64,000 nt of DNA from Podarcis liolepis (Eukaryota): the NCBI GenBank assembly GCA_965112155.1, contig OZ218099.1; one strand, given 5' to 3'. How positions within the stretch are numbered: position 1 is the first letter of the stretch; each line of letters opens with the position of its first letter. Positions 11,629 through 23,988 of this stretch are shown piece after piece. The notes beneath the pieces were generated by a model. The model was not told where the DNA came from, did not search any database, and saw only the letters and a program-made list of their open reading frames with translations. The position numbers and the translations under genes were made by a program.

Positions 11629-11911
11629 GCGAGTCTCTTCATCTAGCGGTTTTTTCGTCTTGCAAAGCAACCCTATTAGCGGCTTAGCGGCTTAGCGCTA
11701 TTAGCGGTTTAGCGGCTATTAAAGGCTTAGCAGCTATTAAAGGCTTAGCGGATTAGCGGCTATTAGCGGCTTAGAAAAAGGGGGGGGGAGAGCGGAAGAA
11801 AATCGGAACACTCGCAAGACATTTTCGTCTTGCAAAGCAAGCCCATAGGGAAAATCGTCTTGCGAAGCAGCTCAAAAACGGAAAACCCATTCGTCTTGCA
11901 GGGCACCACTG
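11629..11911 (-). mobile_element. Tc1/Tigger-like MITE family B, truncated at one end
   Basis: Ends gtcttgcagggcaccactg|ta; internal ttagcggc repeats as in 27621-28987 and 46546-46888. Confidence 0.75.
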
Positions 11912-13071
11912 TATTTATTCTTTTCCATACAGCCTTAGCTATATCACATGCTAAACTAAAGCATCATGGCCAACCCCGCAGTGCAGCAGCTTTTAGTACT
12001 CCAAGTGACAGGAACACATTCTGACAGATATTCAGCCAGTTAGACTACAGTCCTTTATGTATTTACCTGAAAGTAAACCTCACTCAAATCAGTATGCCTA
12101 AATTTTTATTAAACATGAATAGTTTACTAGGACAGGTCACAATCTTGCAGAAACTAGAGGTGTGCCAAACCATTCATTTTATTTTCATTAATATTTTCAT
12201 CATGAAGCAAAAGCTCATGTATAATGCAGATATTCTGAAGCAAAAGTTGGTTGCAATGTTTGCCATTATACTATTTTCTGAGGTTTCACAACTGTACACC
12301 CTTTTCTTCATTCAAAAGCACTACCAGTTACACATATCAAATTTGCACTGAACGGAATCATGCTATTTTAACATGTTTTTTGCTTCACATTACCAACTGT
12401 ATTTGCATCTGTTTGCATTTACTTTCTAATGCTTTTCTACTGAAGTTCATACTGTGGCTAGCCTTTTGTTTTGAGCTGCCTCCAGAGATATGTAGTTTTA
12501 GTCATTATGCCTTGTCTCTAAGCCTGTCTGAAAAACGTTTCCTTAAAAACAGCACCAACAAATCTCATAAGCATTTTGTAGCAACATCACCACATTGTAT
12601 CTGCTTTTAAATAAGCATATTTTTGTATTTTCCATTTTTTCTGTCATGGAGACTAATGAGCGCATCTAGCAAATACTGTATACAAATTGCGTGTTTTTAG
12701 TTTTGAGAAATGGCACAAACAAGAAAACTTCTATTTTGGAAATAAGAAGGGTAGAGGGTATTGTGGGTAAAAAAAGTTCATGCAGATTGCACATGCTGGC
12801 GAACATATTCAAAACATCATGTTACAATGAAAAATCTAAGGATGGAATTTTTTAAAAACCCCAACTACTTTGTTATTTGAGCAAGTGGTCTCATATGCAT
12901 TTCATCCTGCTGTGGTTTTACACTTGGTTGAATTCAGTGGAAATACCCTTAACCTCCCCTGTAAATTAATCTGTTATTTGCAAGGGTTCTACCAAGGCAA
13001 CCAAAATTTTCCAAAGCAAGACAGCTCCACCCTTGCAAAATAAACATTCTAGATTTTCATTTGTGCTTATA

Positions 13072-13330
13072 CAGTGGTACGTCTAGATGCGAACGGGATC
13101 CGTTCCAGAGCCCCGTTCGCATCTAGAAGCAAACGTAACTAGCGACGGCACATCTGCGCACGCGCGGGTCGCTTTTCGCCGCTTCTGTGCATGTGTGTGA
13201 CGTATTTTGAGCGTCTGCGCATGCACAAGCGGCGAAACCCGGAAGTAATGCGCTCCGTTACTTCCGGGTTGCCGCAGAGCGCAACTCGAATGCACTCATC
13301 CCGAAGCACATTCAACCCGAGGTATGACTG
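13072..13330 (-). mobile_element. Tc1/Tigger-like MITE family C
   Basis: ta|CAGTGGTAC...GGTATGACTG|ta; inverted homolog at 55116-55344. Confidence 0.8.
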
Positions 13331-13378
13331 TATATAGACAAAAAACCCCACACAAATCTGTTCAAAGTAATACTGTAC

Positions 13379-13522
13379 CTAATTCACACAGTTCACCTTT
13401 GAACTGGCCAATACACTGCATCCTTTCTGGGCACTTGCCATTTACTGAATTACACCTGAATCCTCCATAGCATTTTTTACAATTGGATGCACAGTTATAA
13501 CCATAGAAACGAAAGTTACACT
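13379..13522 (-). CDS. Exon 11: EGF-like module 2 (CNFRFYGYNCASNCKKCYGGFRCNSVNGKCPERMQCIGQFKGELCEL)
   Basis: 144 nt, phase 1 to 1, cag| and |gtacag; Cys spacing identical to exon 6. Confidence 0.92.
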
Positions 13523-13924
13523 CTGTGTAGAGAATCAGATAAACATTATTACACACTTAAAACAAAATCATACAAAACCTCAGAAGCAACCAAATGACGT
13601 CACCATCTAGCCAGCTTCTGCACAGAACCAGCTGATCTAAATGTTAATATGCAGAAGGGGTCGTGGGAAATAGGGGAGTTGAGGACCTTGAGGCATCTGA
13701 CATTAATAAAGATGAAGGCTGATGTAACTGCTTATTTCATTTTTTAAAAAACCAAAGATCACTTAAGTTGAATTCCACCATTTCCAGTGAGAAAAGCATA
13801 TCAAACCATTGTAGAGAGGGAAGGGGCAGTATGGAGAAAGCAGATAATCCTGGTTGACTTATAACACAGACACATAGATCTTAACCTAAAGGCTGTGCCT
13901 AAAGTAACTATGATTTGCCTGCCT

Positions 13925-14130
13925 GCACCATATACTTAATTCTCAGAGTTGTTTAAAAATCAACCCCTCTTTCCAGGAACTCTGGAGAATTGTAGCTCTG
14001 TGAGGGAAATAGGGGTCTCCTAACAGCTCTCAGCACCCTTAACAAATTACGGTTCTCAGGATGCCATTGGGGAAGATATGGCTGTTTTAAGTCATATGAT
14101 ACCCCTTTAAATGCATCATGCGGACAGGAT
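13925..14130. mobile_element. Palindromic non-autonomous DNA element
   Basis: Imperfect inverted arms (gaactctggagaattgtagctctgtgaggg / cccttaacaaattacggttctcaggatgc). Confidence 0.5.
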
Positions 14131-15186
14131 CTCAGATTGCTGTGAAGCTAAACTAGGGAGGAGGGTGGAAGAGAGAAACAGAAGGTAGGAACAAGTTATG
14201 AGCATTCAAAATTCCTTTTTCGGTACCTAAAATAATGTAAATGAGTAAGTAAAGACTCCCAGCTAAGACCAAGAAATACAGTACATGAGTGAAAGGAAGT
14301 AAAGACTAAGTGAGCAGAGTCTAGAGGAACAGTCTCTAAAACAAAGAAAAACAGGATAATCATATATGGGAAAATTATTGCTTGTGTAAGTCTCCTCCGT
14401 TTAGGTTGCAGGACTTAAAATCTCTTGCTTGAAGCTTGGGGAGGGGGGAGTATTTTTTTAAAAAGGGGGGGAAATCCCTGTTGCAGGTAATGATACTGCA
14501 CCCCACATAATACAGTTCTTTGAATTTTCATGTCATGTCTTTTGGAGAAATCTCTGCATAAGGTCACTGCAACTGTGATGAACTGGGTTCCAAGAGTTTT
14601 AAATTTCTAAACTCTCTCAAATGTGTGTATTTCTTGATTTTATTTAAGAAATGTGTTTTCTGGTCTTATGTCAAGAAAGACACACTTATGGTCAGGCTTT
14701 AAAAGTCCATGTATGACAGTCCACATGTGAACTGGAGACTTTTTCTACATCACCACTATCCATTTTAGTCAGAAAACCCCTAAAATGGGTAGTTAATATC
14801 GTAGAGAGATGCAGCAAGAAAGGAGAACCTGAGAACTTTTCCCGGGCTTCCATATACGGTATGTGCATGAAAGCACTTTCTGCATGGGGTTTTCTAGATC
14901 CTGACCTATGAGTTTTGAATGTAAGCAAGATATGGCTTTGGCTAAGACATGAAATCTAAATCTGGGGAATGAAATAGAATTACATTTTACAACTCAGATT
15001 TAAAATGGGAGCTATTTAGATTACAGTAAGAACAAATACACAAGCTTTTCAAACTAAATCAAAACTTGCATAGTGAAGAAAAATGAAAGATCCATATAAG
15101 ACCCACAATACTTTGCAAATATTTTTAGAGTACTAGTGCATTTTAAAAGCTGTTTACTAGTTTTTATTTCAGGCGCACAAACATAC

Positions 15187-15396
15187 CACGTCTTATGTAT
15201 GCAGTTGCACTTTCATCATAAGTAACAATTATATCAACACCTCTTGTTCTTCTGTAGTATCGGTAATCTTTCACTATTCCTGTGCAGCTGGCATCATTTA
15301 AGCAGTCTAATGCAGCGGTGGAAAAGGAGGTATAAAAGTGAGGTTCTAATGGTCCTGACAGAAAGTGATCAGTATAGACATCAAAAAGATTTTCCA
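15187..15396 (-). CDS. Exon 10: middle module 2 (ENLFDVYTDHFL...AALDCLNDASCTGIV...TAYIRR)
   Basis: 210 nt, phase 1 to 1, cag| and |gtatgt; A...C.....CTGI motif. Confidence 0.88.
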
Positions 15397-17479
15397 CTGA
15401 GGTAAAAAGAAAAAAGAGGGAGGGAGCAGGAATTGTTTTTACTATCCATTCTAATAGAAATATGCTTAGAATAATTATCAAAAAAAGTTTACAAGACATT
15501 CTTTTTATCCAGTTATGTTGTTTCACCTTAGAGTTCTTCTGTGGGTTACTTTTCTTTTACAGACCTTGATAGTCAAATGTTTGGCAGTGCAACACCCTCA
15601 GCGCCCCCCCCCCCCCGGTGCTCAGAACATATACACACCAGAGATACTCTAAACGGAACTCCATGTCCTAGCAGAAGGGGCAAGGGTAAAACGTAAATCT
15701 CTAGCTTAGGTGTTTTCATAGCAATGTGTTGGACTCACCCACTGTTCCACAATATAGATTAGGACTTCTTACTCATTTAGCTTAAGAGTGTGAATGTGCT
15801 AGATATAATTGCTGTACCTACATGACATAAAGATTGATAGACAGATATTACTTCACATTAGTTACTCCTTTAGTTAATGTATATTTTATTTCACTGAATG
15901 AACCATTCTTTTGGGGTAGTCTGGTGAGAGAGTATGTTCTTGGTTAACAGATTAATTGCCAAGTACATCAGGGTCCAGAAAGGTCTTTTTCCATGAGTGG
16001 ATGTGCCACTGCCTCTTTCTTTTAAAAGCAAGCAGTGCCACTTCACAAATCTCTTTGATACACATAACATCCTTATCACACATACATAAAAAAATCACCC
16101 AACTGATTCATTCATTCATTTACTCTCTCCAATACACTTTTACCCCAAACCCCAGCAATTGAGGATGGGAAAATTACATCTTTTTTCAAGTCTAATTGCC
16201 ATAGACAGGTGATCTTCATGGAACTGGATTAAGTCCCAGCTGCAACTTCCAACCCGAGACTGTTTTCAAGTTTAATTACCCCCACCCAGGCAAATATCCA
16301 AGACAGCATCCCCTCCTGCAACCACAATACAAAGCTAGACCTACTGGAAGAGCCTTTTTGATTTCCCTGTATCAATATTGTGTGCCAAAATTTGAGGTTT
16401 TGCAAAAGAGGGCATGCTGCCCATGGTCAAGGATCCAAACACTGCAGTGATTTGTCAAAGATGACTTTGTAGAAAGCATAGTCCATTCAACATCACTCTG
16501 AAAAAGAACAGCCTGTTTCCTTCCTTTTTATTCTGTACTATAGTCCTGTACAAGTTTTGGCAAAGGAGTGTACATTCTGCACTTCCTAGGGCCAGCATGT
16601 GTACCCAATACTGTATGGCTCATCAATCTCATCTATACTAATTCTGCAAATACAGCAGATCTTGTCCAGTAATGTTTCTGTTAGAAATTGTAGAAATACA
16701 TTTTTTCACTAACTTGAGTTCTCCATTAACTCATGTGTTTCCAAATTGCAATATGTGGAATGTGTAAAGAGTGAGACACTGGTAATTCTCCTAAACATTC
16801 CATAACAATGTATTTGAAAGAGGAGGGTATCATTGAGCAGAATGTCCAGCAGCAATGTTCATCCCAGGATGGGCCACCTCAGTGCCCTCTGGCAAGTGTA
16901 GATCATCTGTTGGAGCATATGCCTTCCAAAGGATGTTTCCTCAGTGATACAAGTGTCAGAGCTGTATAAGTCTTTCCAAAATACTTTTTGGAAGTCCTCC
17001 AAATGTCTAATGTGTGCCACTCCTTTTCTTTGTGGGACATACGGCAAGGAAAGGAAGGAAGGAAAACATCAGATTTTGTGCCTGGCGGAAGGCACAGTTG
17101 ACCTTAGGAATAAACGTTTGCAGAACTTTCATGTTTAAGAACCAAGAGAACCAGAGTTCTGAGACCCTTCTTGCTGAACTCCAAGAACAGCACCTTCCAG
17201 AATGGCATTTTAAAGTGTATCATATATATGGAGCCTCAAAGCTGATCAGCGCTTGCAAATCTTGTGAAGGTGCCACACCAGAAATTAGTGTGATATTAGA
17301 GAAGTGAGTCTCCCCTTAATATGCACTTCAAACTGGAAAGGCAGGACTGCTCCATCCTTCCTCAAAACTGTGGACATTGCTTCTGCCTGTCTCAAAACTA
17401 TGTAGCCTGAGCTAGGACTACCAAGGTCAGCCAAGGTTGCAGATGCACCCATCTATCTTCACAATCTTCCATCTCCCAA

Positions 17480-17618
17480 TGAGGTGTGGGGAGCCTTTGG
17501 CCCTCCAAATGTTGCTGAACTACAACGCTCATCAGTCCTAGCAAGCATGGCTAATGGCCAGAGATAATGGCAGCTATGGTTCAGCAACATCTGGAGAGCC
17601 AAAGGTTCCCCAGGCCTG
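17480..17618. mobile_element. Short palindromic hAT-like MITE
   Basis: gtggggagcctttggccctccaaatgttgctgaac...gttcagcaacatctggagagccaaaggttcccca inverted arms. Confidence 0.7.
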
Positions 17619-18182
17619 CCCCAGATGGTCGTGTACAAGTTCGACTACACCTCACTCTTCACTCATTGAAGATTAGATCTTTTAAAACAGTACACACTCT
17701 GGCTGAGAGTTGTCCAGCACTACTCTGGCATTCTGAATTCCCTTGGGAGGCCTTTTGGCATCTCAGGCATGGAAGCTATCTGGGGCAAATGATAAGGGAA
17801 GCTCCTTAGGACCATCTAGATGGCCTGTGCAGTTGGCTTGTAGACCCCTATCACACCTGATATTCATTTGTGTATCACATGATTCACAGCTTGCTTCATC
17901 CTGCATGATAAAGGATACCTATGCAACCTTGTGCCTCACCATGAACGGAGAAAAGAAATCTGATTAACCTAGAGAGCTCACCTTGATATAATTAAAATCA
18001 AAATTCTAAGCAAGTATTTAGGGAAGTTTTTAATGTCTGATGTTTTATTGTGCTTTTAATATTCTGTTGGGAAACCCAGCCAGATGGGCAGGGTATAAAT
18101 AATAAATTTATTAATTTATTATTATTAATTATTACAGATGTTTTCTTCTTCATCGCCTTCAGAACTCTACTGTGCAGTTTAC

Positions 18183-18298
18183 CTTCAATTCTCTTGCAAA
18201 TAAATTTGTGTTTTTCCTCACAATTTAGTCTCAGAGCAGTTTGGTCTACTGAATTAAGACCCATACATCTTCCAGCTGGGCTCCCTTTTAGTTCCAAC
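18183..18298 (-). CDS. Exon 9: CTLD2 part c (LELKGSPAGRCMGLNSVDQTALRLNCEEKHKFICKRIE)
   Basis: 116 nt, phase 2 to 1, cag| and |gtaaac; C...C.....FICK motif. Confidence 0.92.
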
Positions 18299-18654
18299 CT
18301 GTAAGAAAAAGACAAGACTGATTAACTGGTATAGACACAGATATGCACATTTCTGTTACATCTTATAAAAAACTTTTCAGCCACCTTACAGATCACAACA
18401 ACAATAAACCAGGAGCAGCCAGTGAGGAGGGGTGGCACCATGCTCCTGGCCTCCAACAGAGTTGCTGCAGCTTACTGGGAAGGAGAGGGGCATTCTGCAG
18501 AGCGCATTGTCTCCTCAGCCACAGCACCAACCTTCTTTGTCACCTTGCCCGTCTCCCTCCTTGTAAGCGGCAGTGACTTCACAACCAGGTGCATGATGTC
18601 ACTCCTCCTCACCGGCTGCTCCTAGAAGGAAACATTAAAAATAAACCCAGTCCG

Positions 18655-19060
18655 ACATGCCATCTGGACTGGACTACTGTAACACACTCTTTATGGGGAA
18701 GCAGTTAAAAACCATCCAAGAACTTCTACCAGTGTAAAACACCATCACTAAAACTTTGATTGGGGCAAGTACTGTACAAGACGTTCAGTTTCCAAGTGAA
18801 ATTCAAGGTGTCGGCTATTACTTCTAAAGCCTTAAACAGCTTGGGACAAAGCTTCTTGCAGTTTGTCTCCAACCAAGTAGAGCTGTCCATCCTTTAAGAT
18901 GTGTGGCACAGCCCTCCCACATGTGCCAACACCTTCTAGGCCTGGCTTTCTCTATGGCAGGCACATTCCATATGTGAAATTCCTTGTTCCAAGAGATTAC
19001 CTTCCTATTTGTGTTTCACCAGCATTTCAAGACATTTCTTTTTAAACAAGACTTTGATTC
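18655..19060 (+). mobile_element. L2-type LINE 3' remnant
   Basis: ctggactactgtaac (LDYCN) and aattcaaggtg...aaagccttaaacagcttggg. Confidence 0.6.
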
Positions 19061-19513
19061 TGTTGTTGCTTAATTTATATGCCATTTTCATTTTGAGAAT
19101 TTAATGCATTTATTATTAGCTCTGGATTTCTGTGCTCTTTCTGCCTTTGCTTCTTTTGTTCTTTGAGGTAATTATTTTAGTTATTATTTTTGCTTTCATT
19201 GTTCTGTTACAGTGCGTTGGAGTTGTTTATAGTTTGCCTCTGCAGACAATTAGGAATACAGACTTCCACAATGGTAAATTGATGCCTGTTTTTAACATTT
19301 TTATGGTTTTATGCTTCTATTGTTGTAAGCTACTTTGATTTTTTTTATATGATATAGCGGTACACAAATACCTTTATAAATAAATAAATAAATAACAAAA
19401 CTGAGAAAAATAGTTTTACTCAAGATGAAAATAGTAATATTGAAATGCAAATTAGAAACGATGAAACTAAAATTGACAGAAACATTTATGTGTACCAGTA
19501 TACACTTATGTAC

Positions 19514-19629
19514 CAGTGTAATGCTTTAGCAGCTGATTTCATATTTGACCAAATCCATATGGATTTTTGCTTCCTGCTATTCAGCCCAGTCCACAAAATG
19601 TCACGAGGGTTTACAGAGGACAACCAGTC
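19514..19629 (-). CDS. Exon 8: CTLD2 part b (DWLSSVNPRDILWTGLNSRKQKSIWIWSNMKSAAKALHW)
   Basis: 116 nt, phase 0 to 2, cag| and |gtacat; WTGL and W.WS motifs; not in the ORF track. Confidence 0.9.
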
Positions 19630-21131
19630 CTGCCAAAATACAAGAGACAGTAAAACAATTTGGGAAGCAACAATATTTGATGGTTATATTAGCCTTCTGC
19701 TAAATTTTACAAGGTCAGAGTAGAGCTAACAGTACTTTAAACCACATAAAAGGAATGCCCCCAAGCCCTGGGGTACAGGCCTTGGCAAAGGCTCCTGTAA
19801 GCTCCAGCTGGAAGAGATGGCTTTCTACCTCTTCTGAGATAACACAGATAGGATCCTTAGCCCCAAGCTGGCAGAATTTTAACAAGCTGGCAGCAACTGA
19901 ATGACAAGACAGGCTCCAATGCCTGGAGTTTGTGTTTGGCTCTGGCTCATAGCAAAAATGGGATTTCCATTTTCCCAACTTCCCAAACTAGGACATTTTG
20001 TTTTTGAATTCTCTCAGTTTTAATATTTGCATTACTATCAATTTCTAGCACAAGAGGGCAGCATCCACAAGTCAAATGCTGGGTACAAACACATTCTTCC
20101 CAGTGACTCAACATACTTTAAACTTTATACAGTTCTTCTTAAATAGAAAGCTCAGTTCAAATCACACAGTTTTTTATCGTAATTTTTTTCTGTTTTTGAT
20201 AGACAACTCCAATCCAGGTTCAATTTGTAACTAACTGGGTTTAGCAAACTAAGCTGTTTCCACACACACCAAGCTACAAATAGCGGCTCAGTTTATTCCA
20301 AACAAAATTAAGCCCAGTCATGTTCATAACTCACAAAGCACCTTCTAGAGATATACAATACTTGTGAAATAAATACCTTACCTCTTGTATGAACATGCTT
20401 TCATGTAATAAACAAGCAATCAGAGCCAGATATTGCAAGAATTTGTCTATTAAATTTCTGAATAAAATACCTTATGATTTAAAATGAGACCTCTTGAAGA
20501 CCTACCTGTTTAAGACTCAAAAACATAGTGGGACTCAGAAGCAAGTCCTACTGAACTGAATGGGTCTTACTCCCAGGGAAATTTGCAGCCTTACTCTCTC
20601 TTGGAGAAGAGAGACACATTGTAGGGAACTCTCTGGCCTGTGTTGTTGGTGCTGATAAGCAGATACCCCTGACATTATAAAAGCAAAGAGAAATGCGGAC
20701 CAGAGTGGAGAAAAATAGTGTCAAAGACAGCCACAGCACTTCTGAAAAGAGAACTAGTTGGAAGAATGAGCCAGAAGGAACACTGGCGTAAATCAGACCT
20801 GGCCCACAAAGTTAGGGATATTTGATTTAGTCAGGGAAACCTAATTAGCAAAGACCTTCACTTTAAAGTGAATGTGGTATAGGGAAAGAGACTCACAGCA
20901 CCATGGGACTCGAGCCAGACTGGGGCTGTGTCTTTTGATGCTGCTGCCACAGCACAACCATCACACTCATAACTGTTTTTAAAACACAGTAGGTTGTGGT
21001 AATGACAGGTGCAAATATCAGAAAGCCAAACCAATGCCAAAACAACGTTGATATTCTGTTTAAAATTTACAAACCCTGCTTTTAACTGAAAATATTTCAA
21101 AATAGTAACACACAAACATATATTACATATG

Positions 21132-21134
<3 letters not shown>

Positions 21135-21181
<47 letters not shown>

Positions 21182-21190
21182 CATATACAT
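21135..21190. repeat. (CA)n(TA)n microsatellite
   Basis: Seen directly. Confidence 0.95.
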
Positions 21191-21256
21191 ACAGCCATAT
21201 AAAATCTACCACTAGATCTCCATTATTTGTGTTTTGCCATAGGGATGTGTAAATAC

Positions 21257-21417
21257 CATTTCACTTCTGCTTCCAATCCATACGAGGTCTGTACTTCTGA
21301 ATCTTCTGCACTGTTTCCGAGAATCTGCCCAGCTGATGCTGACATTGCTGAAGTAATAGCAGCCATTTCCCCAATATTTCCAACCAGAAAATCGTGGACA
21401 CCATGCACTGCTCATAG
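21257..21417 (-). CDS. Exon 7: CTLD2 part a (MSSAWCPRFSGWKYWGNGCYYFSNVSISWADSRKQCRRFRSTDLVWIGSRSEM)
   Basis: 161 nt, phase 1 to 0, tag| and |gtattt; CTLD motif. Confidence 0.92.
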
Positions 21418-23142
21418 CTAATCAAAACACAAATAAACAACAGATAACATTCCAGTCTGTATGCTGTAATAAGATTTGTCACATGCAAGGACCACAATGC
21501 AGGGGCTTTATTTCACTTGGGTCAAAGACCCAGTTTGGCAGCCCCCCACGTGCATTTGCCTACACACACAGAAAGGCTGAGAGCCTCAATGGCGACACAA
21601 AAAAAGGGCTAGCCTCCTCCATAGCTACAGCTCTAAACAATGCATGCCTATAATATGGGTTTTGCTGTTATGCAAAAGCAAATAGTTCACCCAGGTTCCA
21701 CTCAAATTTCTCCCCAGATTTCTGTTTGAAATTGCCAGATTGTACAGATTGGGAATGGTTTAAGTATTTCAATCTGTGTGAAGCTATCTTAGGAAATAAT
21801 GCACCAAAGTAGAGGATACATATATATGTTCAACGATGTCACATGAATACAGATTAAAAACCCAGCAATGGAAATGCAGCGAGTGCACAGTAAACAGGAG
21901 TATGAACATAGCCACTAACTCTCCTTCAATTGCTGACAAGCACAGGGCTTGGAAGATGGGTGAGGGTTTTTCTCCATTTCATAGAACTTTGTATTAGAAA
22001 AAAGTGCAATAATCTCTCCTGATTTTTCTCATTTTATCCAAGCATCCATGTGACTGTCTCTCTTTCACAACCTCTGCTGAAGGGCTTGAGGAAGCGTTTT
22101 CTCTCACTTGAGGTGAAGTTTGAATCTGGGAGGAAACAGTAGGTGAAACTTCCAGTTTTGGCCTTCTCTGAGTGACAGTGCACATAAGAGAAATCCCAGT
22201 CTCTCTATGAAGCATTCTGTACATGCTAAAGAACTTAGGCAGGGTAAGAAGCGATTATTAGAAAAAACAACAACACCAAGAGGATGCTTAATGAGACAGG
22301 TCAACAGTTGTGGCCCTCTGTCCTGTGTAATCACACACTGCAGTAACCCGTAAAATGGAAGACACAAGGTGAAAACTGCAGCAAACTGCACATGCACCAA
22401 TTCCAAAATTAATTTTAGAAATTCTACAAATTAAGTCATAAGGAAGAAGAACATGGCCACCAAAAACAACAACTCACAACCCACAGATGGAACTGGAGGC
22501 ATCCATTCCCACCACACTCAATTCTGAACATGGGGCTTAAACAAGGCAGCTTAGTAAGAGCATACAGGTCACATAAACTGACAGAATGCATCTACACATA
22601 GCACAAGAGGCACGTCATTGTGGATAAACTTGTCAGGATCTACATGTTCATAAACCACCAGAATGCCTATATTACGCAAATCCAATTGAAAACACACATA
22701 AGTGTAATAGGCCATATAGTGGTGGCTCAAAGATAAAGGTATGTCACCCACAATTTATGTGCTTGCTGCAGAAAACATTTGTGTACCCATGGCAACCGTG
22801 TGTGCATATAAGTATGCAGCCACTCTCAAACACTGAAGAATAGGTGATGGAATAAACTTATTGGCAATTAATCATGTGCAACACTGTAGATATCAAAATG
22901 TGAAAACACCAGCTCAATCACATAGCTAAAATGTTACAGAGACAGAAAAGCTGGTATGTCTGGGTGTTGCTACAAGGTTTCCCAAGCTAAGGTATGTCAT
23001 GTGCAATGAAGAGTTAGGAATAACACTATTATATTTATTGGTGCTTCTTGAAAGTTTTTTTTTTAGTTTACATTTAGTTTTGTACGGTAGAAAGAGTTCT
23101 TCTCTGCTCCCAATTCATCCCCTACTAGCTTTGTTCAAGTAC

Positions 23143-23286
23143 CTCGATCACAAATAGTAGGCGAGTCCTGAGCTCTACAAGAATGAAAATTATCACAAAC
23201 TCCAGTGTATGGATTGCATAGTTCATCACCATAACATCCGCTGCAAACAGAGGAACAGTTCTTTCCAAAGTAACCCAAGGAGCAAT
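23143..23286 (-). CDS. Exon 6: EGF-like module 1 (CSLGYFGKNCSSVCSGCYGDELCNPYTGVCDNFHSCRAQDSPTICDR)
   Basis: 144 nt, phase 1 to 1, tag| and |gtactt; 8 Cys in a MEGF/SCARF-like register. Confidence 0.92.
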
Positions 23287-23769
23287 CTATGAAAAATAAT
23301 AAAAAGGACATAACAATAATCATATTTGCCTTCCACAGTTCTCTGTTTCTTCTCCTGGTCATCTAATACTTAGGTTTTATTTATTTCATTTCAGAAATTA
23401 TAAACCATTATACAGAGAATACCCAAGTAGTGTACAGAATATCCATTCCTCTTTCCCTTTTATGCCAAGCTCTCTCAAACTCTTTCTTCACACTATCAAA
23501 ATACTTTCCACAAAGATTCTGCTCTTGAAATGAGAATAAAACATGCAAGCTATCAAAATGAATGTTTGCTCAAAATGCAGCATTTTAATTTTATATTTCT
23601 TTCAGCTGAAACTTAAAGCCTTTTTCATTTAAGGCAAAGAACTCACATTCTGATTACATCTCAGAATGCTCAGTCCCTAGTTCTATAAATTGTATCAGTC
23701 AGTTTTTCTGTTATCACATAATGCATAATACAATACTGTGAGCTGCAATCTACAGAATGTTTGGCCAAC

Positions 23770-23988
23770 CTGATTTGACATATGCTGCAGACCAGCGCTC
23801 TTCACTTTTTAGCAATACAGTTCCTCTAGCAATCGCATAGGCATTTTTCCAGATAGTGATCCCTGTACATTGTTCTCTAAGCTCCAAGCATGCTGCCTTT
23901 GCAGAAATCAAATCTGCATGTACTTGAGATACAGAGCCTGGTGGTGATAGAAGCACCTTTCCTTTGTGTTCCTGGTACCGGTCAACAG
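23770..23988 (-). CDS. Exon 5: middle module 1, PAN/apple-like (VDRYQEHKGKVLL...AKAACLELREQCTGIT...AAYVKS)
   Basis: 219 nt, phase 1 to 1, cag| and |gttggc; homologous to exons 10 and 15. Confidence 0.88.

Noticed and set aside
20155-20225. Minus-strand TWIGVV peptide resembling a CTLD WIGL exon
   Set aside because: It hits a stop without a suitable donor; the true exon with correct phases is 19514-19629
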